Assembly: GCA_963720545.1 (NCBI GenBank)
Contig: OY970399.1
Span: 2,784,001 to 2,848,000 of the forward strand
Source of the DNA: an uncultured Acidobacteriota bacterium
GTDB taxonomy: Bacteria > Acidobacteriota > Vicinamibacteria > Fen-336
Direction of reading: 5' to 3'
Length of the DNA: 64,000 bases
Both the position numbers and the translations under genes were made by a program. Positions 53,837-64,000 of this stretch are shown here, piece by piece. Under the pieces are notes generated by a model. The model worked only from the letters and a program-made list of their open reading frames with translations. It ran no database searches and was not told where the DNA came from. Numbering within the stretch: position 1 is the first letter of the stretch; each line of letters opens with the position of its first letter.

Positions 53837-54117
53837 AGCTGTCGCGCGAGAAGTCGATCAAGCTCTCGCACGTGGTGCTCGACTACCTGCTGCAGGACGA
53901 CGGCGTCGAGTACTTCGACGAGCCGCAGGAGCTGCGCGGCAAGGTGTTCCACATGATCGAGGCGGAGATGCGCGCCGACGAAGCCATCGATGCGCTCGCG
54001 CGCCGCAAGATCGAGAGCCAGCGCCGCGACATCCCCGAAGGCTCGTCCGAGTGGGAAGTCCTCTATCGCAAGTATTACGAAGAGGAGACGGCCAAGCACC
54101 GCAAGGTGATGCCGTAG
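53833..54117 (+). CDS. DUF507 family protein (second of pair)
   Basis: MKLSREK...LSH, RRKIESQRRDIPEGSSEW.VLYRKYYEEE; GTGA overlap. Confidence 0.75.
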   Translation: MKLSREKSIKLSHVVLDYLLQDDGVEYFDEPQELRGKVFHMIEAEMRADEAIDALARRKIESQRRDIPEGSSEWEVLYRKYYEEETAKHRKVMP

Positions 54118-54119
54118 GG

Positions 54120-55088
54120 TTGCGGCCCAGGAGCGTCCTCGTCGCCGGCGCTGTCTTGTTCCTGGGCCTGGCCGTCCTCTGTGTCTACCAGACAGCGGGC
54201 CGCGTTGTGGCGACGCGGGGCGCGGGCGAAGCGCCGACGCTGGTGGCATCGTGGGGCAGCGCCGGCGTCACGCTCTCCGGCGCCGTTTCAGCGGTAGACC
54301 ACGAACGCATCCTCGCCGCCGCCAGGAAATCCTTCGGCAACGAGCGCGTCACTGCTGTGCAGCTGCGCGCCGAGCCGCGGGCGGCCGCCCTCTTCGACCT
54401 GGCCGAACTCCTGGCGACCGCGCCGCGCACCGTCACCGAAGGCGTGCTCGAGGTGGACGACAAGAAGCTGCGCATCAGCGGCAGCGTGCCTACGGAAGCG
54501 GCACGCGCCGACCTGGCCGCGGCGCTCGGCGGCATCACCGGGCCGGCGCTGCGCATCGTCGACGACATGACGGTGACGGAAACGCCGCATGTCGCCGAGG
54601 CTGCCGCCGCGACGGCCGAACCGGCGGGTGAACCGGTCGAATCGAGCGCGCCACCCGCGGCCAGCGCCGCGCCGCAGCCAGGCGCCAAACCGAAGCCGAA
54701 GCCAACGGCACGCCCCGCGCCCGATCTCGAGACGGCGATCGCCGCCATCCTCGACGACCGGCCCATCGAATTCGCGCTCGGCAGCGCCATGCTCACGGCG
54801 CGCAGCCGCCGCACGCTCGACCAGGTGGTGCCGCTGTTGAAGAAGAACCCACGTGCGCACTTGCTGGTGGCCAGCCACACCGACATCTGGGGCGGCACCG
54901 CGCACAACAAGCTGCTCAGCCAGAAGCGTGCCGACGCCGTGGTGGCGCACTTCGTGCGCCGCGGCCTCGACCGCCGGCGCTTCACCGCCGTCGGCTACGG
55001 CGAGACGCGGCCAATCGCGACGGGCCGCACGGTCAAGGACATCTCGCGCAACCGGCGCACGGAGATCCACGTGCAAAAGGGGAGGTGA
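54120..55088 (+). CDS. Membrane-anchored BON-like + OmpA-C (peptidoglycan-binding) protein
   Basis: TTG 54120; N-terminal TM; VTLSGAV and LRISGSVP BON-like units; Pro/Ala linker; HTD......N..LSQKRA.AV, GYGE.RP, NRR.EI. Confidence 0.85.
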   Translation: MRPRSVLVAGAVLFLGLAVLCVYQTAGRVVATRGAGEAPTLVASWGSAGVTLSGAVSAVDHERILAAARKSFGNERVTAVQLRAEPRAAALFDLAELLATAPRTVTEGVLEVDDKKLRISGSVPTEAARADLAAALGGITGPALRIVDDMTVTETPHVAEAAAATAEPAGEPVESSAPPAASAAPQPGAKPKPKPTARPAPDLETAIAAILDDRPIEFALGSAMLTARSRRTLDQVVPLLKKNPRAHLLVASHTDIWGGTAHNKLLSQKRADAVVAHFVRRGLDRRRFTAVGYGETRPIATGRTVKDISRNRRTEIHVQKGR

Positions 55089-55091
55089 CAG

Positions 55092-55805
55092 TTGCTCTCG
55101 GTGGTTTCCCAGATCCTCCTGTACCTGTTCGCGGCGGCGCTCCTCGGCTTCGGCGTCGGCTACCTCTATCGCCGCCAGCAGACGGCCGCCGACTCGGCCG
55201 CCGCCGAGCTCGAGGCGCAGATCCGCAACGAGTCGCGCGACCAGGAACTACAGTCGTTGCGCCGCGACGCCGAGATGAAGAAGACCGCCGTCGAGGCGCT
55301 GCAGACAAAGCTCGACTCGGCAGAGGTGAAGCGCCTCGGCCTCGAAGGCACGGTCGCCGAGCGTGAGGCGCGCATCCGCGAGCTGCGCGGCGAGCTGGCG
55401 GCGAACCAGGCCGGCGCCGAGAAGGAAGTGGACGCGTTGCGCGCCCGCCTCAAGGAAGCGCACGACGAGCAGAAGGCGCGCGCGAAGAACACCGGCGACC
55501 TCGAAGCCGCCGCCGCCAAGGCCCGCTCCGCCTTCGAGGCGCGCGACAAGGAAGCCGCCGAACTGCGCGCCCGCCTCTCGGAAAGCGAAGCCCTGCAAAA
55601 AGACCTGCGCGCCCAGGCCGCCCGCCTCCGCGACCTCGAACGCAAGGGCATCGAAGCCCAGCAGCACGGCCAGTCCCGCGAACTCCAAAGCGACGACGCC
55701 CGCCTCCAGGAACTCGAGTCCCGCTTCCAGCACCAGCTCGACACCAAAACCGCCGAGCTAGACCGCCTCCGCAGGCGAATCTTGGAACTGGAAGGCGGCG
55801 ACTAG
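55092..55805 (+). CDS. Single-TM coiled-coil protein
   Basis: GGAGG 55081-55085 then TTG; QILLYLFAAALLGFGVGYL anchor; about 200 aa E/R/A/L-rich heptad-like region. Confidence 0.75.
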   Translation: MLSVVSQILLYLFAAALLGFGVGYLYRRQQTAADSAAAELEAQIRNESRDQELQSLRRDAEMKKTAVEALQTKLDSAEVKRLGLEGTVAEREARIRELRGELAANQAGAEKEVDALRARLKEAHDEQKARAKNTGDLEAAAAKARSAFEARDKEAAELRARLSESEALQKDLRAQAARLRDLERKGIEAQQHGQSRELQSDDARLQELESRFQHQLDTKTAELDRLRRRILELEGGD

Positions 55806-55807
55806 CT

Positions 55808-56256
55808 ATCGAGAGATTGGCTGTCTCCCGTCCAATCTCTCGATTTCCGTTGTTCCGTTAATCCGTTTCCCGAGCGCTTGCGACAGCATCCGTTCTCCCG
55901 AGGCGCGCGAGCGCGCCGAGGGATCCCAGAGTCCGTTCCTTCGTCCGTTCCCAGGCGCTTGCGACAGCGTTCGTTTTTTCAAAATCATCGACGAATTGGC
56001 CGTCTCTCCGCCCAATTCGTCGATTACCTGTGTCCGGACACAGTAATCGACGGATTGGGGGGGACGCTACCCGTCATGATTGACGCAACCGCCTGGGAAA
56101 CGGAAAACAACCGTTGTCGCAAGCGCCTGGGGAAGGGACTAAGGAAAGGAAATCGACGGATTGGTCAGGGACAGCCAGCCAATCCGTCGATGACGGCAAT
56201 CCGTCGATGACGGGGTCCCTCGATCGCGGCGCGAGCGCTGCACTCCTCGGGAAAAC
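55808..56256. repeat. Composite palindromic intergenic repeat element, copy 2
   Basis: Three perfect 13-bp-stem hairpins (55808-55844, 55987-56024, 56152-56191), central palindrome CTGTGTCCGGACACAG 56028-56043, REP-like units 55892-55927 (+) and 56212-56256 (-), 17-bp tandem duplication 56180-56213. Confidence 0.88.
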
Positions 56257-56984
56257 TAGAACCTAATCGTCAAACCTCCACCTGCAGACAGGCCGCCCGC
56301 TTTGACGTCGGCGCCGCCTTCGGAGATGGTCGCGGTGCTGTAGCGGCCGCGCAGGCCGAGGCCGACCGAGTTGCTGAACCAGAAGTCGAGGCCGGCGCCG
56401 GCGTTGAAGCCGATCTTGTTCTTCTTGATCGCAAGCGGTTCGATGCCGTTCACCGTGATCTCGTCGTGGGGATAGAGCGACGTGTAGTCGACGCGGGCGA
56501 GGCCCTGGGTGTCCACCCTGAAGTAGGTGGGCCCGGCGAAGATCGAGAAGCCGACGCGGCCATTGCCCGAGGAGTTGAGGACGAGGTCGAGGTGGATCGC
56601 CTGTTCGGAGAAAGCGACGTCGGTGGTGGCCGTGCCGGTGCGCGGCTGGTTGAAGAAGAACGGATGCGGCACCGAGGCGGTCACCTCGACCTCGTTCTTG
56701 CGGCTGGTGCTGTGGAAGCCCACCGCGACGCCGACGTTCGGCGAGAAGTCGAACTCCAGGCTGCCGTCGAAGCCAGCACCCTTCTTCCGTGAGAAGGACG
56801 CGGTGGCGGTGGTCATCTCCTGGTTCTCTGGGTAGCTGACGCTCTGGTCGAAGGATGACGACGTCAGAAAATACGCGGCGCCCGCGTAGAGGCGGAGTTT
56901 CTGCGTCTTTGCGGGCTGCGCGGCTGCCGAGCCCGCGGTGAGCAAGCCGCAGAACAGCGCGGCGACGGCGATGAAACTCTTCAT
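56256..56984 (-). CDS. Outer-membrane beta-barrel protein
   Basis: AGGAG RBS, signal peptide, amphipathic strands (GFNAGAGLDF), terminal GLTIRF. Confidence 0.8.
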   Translation of the reverse strand: MKSFIAVAALFCGLLTAGSAAAQPAKTQKLRLYAGAAYFLTSSSFDQSVSYPENQEMTTATASFSRKKGAGFDGSLEFDFSPNVGVAVGFHSTSRKNEVEVTASVPHPFFFNQPRTGTATTDVAFSEQAIHLDLVLNSSGNGRVGFSIFAGPTYFRVDTQGLARVDYTSLYPHDEITVNGIEPLAIKKNKIGFNAGAGLDFWFSNSVGLGLRGRYSTATISEGGADVKAGGLSAGGGLTIRF

Positions 56985-57004
56985 TGCGATTGTCTCCTGA
57001 GATC

Positions 57005-58669
57005 TCAATTGACGCCGACCGCGGTCCACGCCTGCGTGATCGCCTGTTCGACCGACGGTGTCGAGCCATAGAGATCGCGCGCCGCCTGAATCGTGGCCAC
57101 GCGCGCCGTTGCGAAGTTGGCTCCGGCCGGCAGGTTGGTGAACGCGGTGTACATCACCTTCTCGATCTGCTCGCGGTTGGCGGCGCCGACGCCCTGCACG
57201 GATAGGTGCGACACCCGGTTGGTTCCGCCTTCGATCGCGAGGTAGTAGACGTGATTGGGGATCCCGGAATTGGTGTGCACGCCGCCGTTGTCGACTGAAC
57301 CGAGGAAGCGAATCGAATAGTGATCGGGATCGCCGAACGCCTGCGGATTCTGCATGGAACGGAGTCCACCCGGAGTGAAGATGTCCTCGGCATTCAGGTA
57401 ATCGGCGCGCGCCGGCTGAAAGAAGAACTCGACGGACGTGCCCATCATGTCGGAGAACGACTCGTTGAGTGCGCCCGATTCGTTCTCGTAGATCAGGCCC
57501 GACGTGTAGTCGGTGACGCCGTGGGTCAGCTCATGGCCCACGACGTCGATGGCGCCCGCCCAGTAATCGACGTGTTGGCGGCTCGGAATCACTACGAAAT
57601 TGTCCGGCAGGCCTTCGCCGTACATCATCACGCCGCCACCGAGATAGGCGGCGTTCAGGTAGAAGTCGCCGACGATTCCGTCGGGGTAGATCCCGATGTC
57701 CGCCCGGTTCACGGGGTGAACGATGCTGCGAATCGCCAAGTTGGCATTGTCGAGCCCTCGCCGGCCGAAGCGCTTGAAGTAATAGTCGTAGGTGAACCCG
57801 GAATAGGCGTGGGCATCGACGTTCGCGGCATCTGTCCAGGTGTTGTCGGCGTCGACCGCCAGGTCGGCGTCGACGAACCCGGCGATGAAGGCGCTGAATG
57901 TCGGCGCATCGAGAATGTTGAGCACCTTGAAGAGGTCGCCGCGATAGTCGTAGGTGTAGATGCGCGGCGGGCGCAGCAGGTCGGCAGCGTTGTAGCCAGC
58001 ACCCTGCTTGCGCACGCTGAGCTTCTTCTGGTCGTGAATGACGCCCGTGCCCGTGCCGACGGCCGAGTCGGTGACCGACTGCGCCTGGAGGTCCGTGTAC
58101 GAATGTGCCACCGCGCCGGTTGCGGCGTCGATGAAGTACATGCGGATGTCGAACTCGGTGGCGCTCGAGATCAGGGCGCGGACCCGGTACGCGAGGACAT
58201 AGCTGCCGTCCTGCCGTGGGTAGATGACGAGCTGCGGCCCGGCATCCCGGCCGAACGGCTTGCCACCAAGCCGTGCCACAGCGGTCTCGGCCTCGCGCGC
58301 GCTGATGCGGGGGTTCACGTTGAGACCGATGCCGTCGTGGACGGTGCCGAGGATCGAGACGACGCCCTGCGCGCCGACCTGGCGGACGATTTCGCCGCCA
58401 AAGATCGGCACTCCCTTGTAGGTTTGCACCATGCGCTCGTGCTGGCGGCCTGCGACCAGCGCGTCGTTGTCGACGCGCGCGATGTGCAGCGTGCCTTCGC
58501 CCAGCATGCGCTCGACCGCGGCGTCCGCGGAGCCAAGTTCCTGTGCGCTCGAGGCCGACGAAAGCGTCAGGCGTTTTTCTGCCGCGGCGGCATTGGGGGC
58601 GAGAAAGGCGATTGCGGCGAAGAAGCTGGCGCCGCACAGTCCTGCGGTGGATACCGTCCTGAGTCTCAT
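57005..58669 (-). CDS. Secreted M4 (thermolysin/bacillolysin-like) metalloprotease with propeptide
   Basis: AGGAGG then ATG 58669; NAAY, HELTHG, SGALNESFSD, DNGGVHTNSGIPN; no C-terminal extension. Confidence 0.94.
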   Translation of the reverse strand: MRLRTVSTAGLCGASFFAAIAFLAPNAAAAEKRLTLSSASSAQELGSADAAVERMLGEGTLHIARVDNDALVAGRQHERMVQTYKGVPIFGGEIVRQVGAQGVVSILGTVHDGIGLNVNPRISAREAETAVARLGGKPFGRDAGPQLVIYPRQDGSYVLAYRVRALISSATEFDIRMYFIDAATGAVAHSYTDLQAQSVTDSAVGTGTGVIHDQKKLSVRKQGAGYNAADLLRPPRIYTYDYRGDLFKVLNILDAPTFSAFIAGFVDADLAVDADNTWTDAANVDAHAYSGFTYDYYFKRFGRRGLDNANLAIRSIVHPVNRADIGIYPDGIVGDFYLNAAYLGGGVMMYGEGLPDNFVVIPSRQHVDYWAGAIDVVGHELTHGVTDYTSGLIYENESGALNESFSDMMGTSVEFFFQPARADYLNAEDIFTPGGLRSMQNPQAFGDPDHYSIRFLGSVDNGGVHTNSGIPNHVYYLAIEGGTNRVSHLSVQGVGAANREQIEKVMYTAFTNLPAGANFATARVATIQAARDLYGSTPSVEQAITQAWTAVGVN

Positions 58670-58795
58670 TGGTCCTCCTGGCGAAGACCTGCAATCTAAC
58701 CCAATTTGCGCGTCGAGAACGCAAACGATTCGCGGTAAGATCGCTGCGCTTTTAGCCGCGATTTTCTTGCGCTGCGACCCTGTGACAACGGTTAG

Positions 58796-59442
58796 ATGAC
58801 CCAGATCTTTCATCGCAGCACCAACACGGTGGCGAAAGCCAGCATTTTCGGCGGGATTTTCCTGCTGGGCGGTGGTGTTGCGCTGGCGCTGGCACTGGCG
58901 CGCTCGCCCTACGCAACCAGGCAAGGGCTGCCGCTGAACCAGCCGATCCCCTTCAGCCACGTGCACCACGTCGCCGGCATCGGCATCGACTGCCGCTACT
59001 GTCACACGACCGTCGAAAAGGCGGCGGTCGCGAGCATCCCGCCCACCAAGACCTGCATGAACTGCCACTCGCAGATCTGGAAGGACAGCCCGGTGCTCGA
59101 GCCGGTGCGCGCCAGCTTTCGCAACAACACCGCGATCGCGTGGACCAAGGTCAACGACCTGCCCGACTTCGTGTACTTCAACCACAGCGCGCACGTGAAC
59201 AAGGGCGTCGGCTGCACCACCTGTCACGGCCGTGTCGACCAGATGCCGCTGATGGTGCAGGCACAGCCGCTGACGATGGAATGGTGCCTCGACTGCCACC
59301 GCGACCCGGCGAAGTACGTCCGGCCCAAGGAAGAGGTGTTCAACGTGGCCTACGAGCCGCCTGCGGATCAGGACGTGCTCGGCCGCAAGCTCGTCGCCGA
59401 GTACCACATCAACACCCGCACCAGCTGCTCGACGTGCCACCG

Positions 59443-59446
<4 letters not shown>
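58796..59446 (+). CDS. actA: Alternative complex III pentaheme cytochrome c subunit
   Basis: N-terminal TM; five CxxCH (CRYCH, CMNCH, CTTCH, CLDCH, CSTCH); QPIPFSH..H, LPDFVYFNHSAH. Confidence 0.93.
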
Positions 59447-62533
<3,087 letters not shown>

Positions 62534-62541
<8 letters not shown>

Positions 62542-63922
62542 CAGCACCGATCCCTGGGGCGACAAGGCCCCGGTCATCGAGCCGGGGCACGACTTCGCCA
62601 CGGTCACCGACAAGATCGCGAGCATCGTGCTGCGCGGCCGGCAGCCACTCGCCTGGTGGATCGGCGTCTCGATCTCGCTGCTGCTGCTGATGATGCTGCT
62701 GTTCAGCCTCGGCCGTACCTGGTGGCCAAGGGCGTCGGCATGTGGGGCATCCGCGTCCCGGTTGGCTGGGGATTCGGCATCATCAACTTCGTCTGGTGGA
62801 TCGGCATCGGCCACGCCGGCACGCTGATCTCGGCGATCCTGCTGTTGTTCCGCCAGCAGCTGGCGCACTTCGATCAACCGCTTCGCCGAGGCCATGACGC
62901 TGTTCGCGGTGGCCTGCGCGGCGATCTATCCCATCTTCCACACCGGCCGGCCGTGGCTCGCGATCTACTGGCTGCTGCCATACCCCAACACCATGGGGCT
63001 GTGGCCGAACTTCCGCAGCCCGCTCATCTGGGACGTGTTCGCGGTCTCGACCTACGCCACCGTCTCGGCGATGTTCTGGTTCATCGGCCTCATCCCCGAC
63101 CTGGCGACCCTGCGCGACCGCGCCACCAACACGCTTCGCGCGCATCGTGTACGGCATGCTGTCGATGGGCTGGCGCGGCTCGGCGCGCCACTGGCACAAC
63201 TACGAAACCGCCTACCTGCTGATGGCAGGACTGTCGACGCCGCTGGTGCTGTCGGTGCACACGGTGGTGAGCTTCGACTTCGCGGTCGGCATCGTTCCCG
63301 GCTGGCACGCCACCATCTTCCCGCCCTACTTCGTCGCCGGCGCCATCTACGCCGGGTTCGCCATGGTGCTGACGCTCGCCATCCCGCTGCGCCGCATCTA
63401 CGGCCTCGAGGGCTTCATCACCATGCGCCACCTCGACAACATGGCGAAGGTCATGCTCGCGACCGGCCTGATCGTCGGCTACGGCTATTCGATGGAAGCG
63501 TTCATGGCGTGGTACAGCGGCAACCCGTTCGAGCGCTTCATGATGTGGAACCGCATGTTCGGCAAGCCTTCGGCGTCTTGTACTGGGCGCTCATCTTCTG
63601 CAACGTCATCACCATCAACACGCTGTGGTCGCGGCGCCTGCGCAACAGCATCGCCTGGCTGTTCGGCGTGTCGCTCATCGTCAGCGTCGGCATGTGGCTG
63701 GAGCGCTTCGTCATCATCGTCATCAGCCTGCACCGCGACTTCCTGCCGTCGTCCTGGGGCATCTTCAAGGGCACGATCTACGACTGGTCGATGTTCCTCG
63801 GCACCATCGGCCTGTTCCTGACCCTGTTCTTCCTGTTCGTGCGGGTGCTGCCGGCCATCTCGATCTTCGAGATGCGCACGCTGGTTCCGGGCGCGCAGCC
63901 GAAGGAAGGCGGCCACGAATGA
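62534..63922 (+). CDS. actC: Alternative complex III quinol-binding membrane subunit ActC (NrfD-like); four frameshifts near 62715, 62860, 63135, 63565
   Basis: [86 protein letters not shown] across frames. Confidence 0.9.
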
Positions 63923-64000
63923 CCGGCCGCGGCGACCTCTACGGCCTCATGGTCGAGTTCCACGACCCGCACGCCGCGGTGGAGGCGGCGCGCGCGGTGA
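63919..64000 (+). CDS. actD: Alternative complex III subunit ActD (DUF3341), 5' fragment
   Basis: ATGA overlap with act[28 protein letters not shown]; operon order. Confidence 0.7.
   Translation, partial: MTGRGDLYGLMVEFHDPHAAVEAARAV

Noticed and set aside
55808..56256. Possible CRISPR array
   Set aside because: Units vary in sequence and orientation, spacing is irregular, spacers are themselves repetitive, and no cas genes are in the window
58781..58796. CRP/FNR-like site TGTGA-N6-TTAGA before actA
   Set aside because: Second half-site is poor and it abuts the start codon; could be chance

Overview
High-GC diderm bacterial chromosome segment (roughly 70% GC by eye). It is probably Acidobacteriota, inferred from gene content and not tested. 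Mostly core genes: uvrA, dus, rlmN, tRNA-Met(CAU)-tilS-hpt-ftsH-folP-cdaA-cdaR-glmM, pyrE-truA-uppS-cdsA-dxr-rseP, upp and the start of the alternative complex III operon. These are interleaved with exported hydrolases (aminopeptidase, M13, three M4 metalloproteases, a double alpha/beta hydrolase), three Hanks-type Ser/Thr kinases plus a PP2C phosphatase, and several outer-membrane barrels. I saw no CRISPR, transposase, integrase or phage gene. Best leads: (1) a tandem secreted M4/PA/Calx-beta protease pair followed by a signal-peptide-bearing emfourin-like inhibitor, both proteases ending in a conserved structured 3' module; (2) an intact but apparently catalytically dead HprT coupled to tilS; (3) a bacterial Dus enzyme resembling eukaryotic Dus3; (4) two copies of a composite palindromic (REPIN/BIME/MITE-like) element with compensatory changes; (5) tandem DUF5916-like barrels that both carry CxxCH; (6) frequent leaderless-type promoters and probable CTG starts. 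About ten frameshifts (kinase, one M4 gene, actB, actC) are most simply explained as assembly errors. All family calls come from motif recognition and recall, not database searches.
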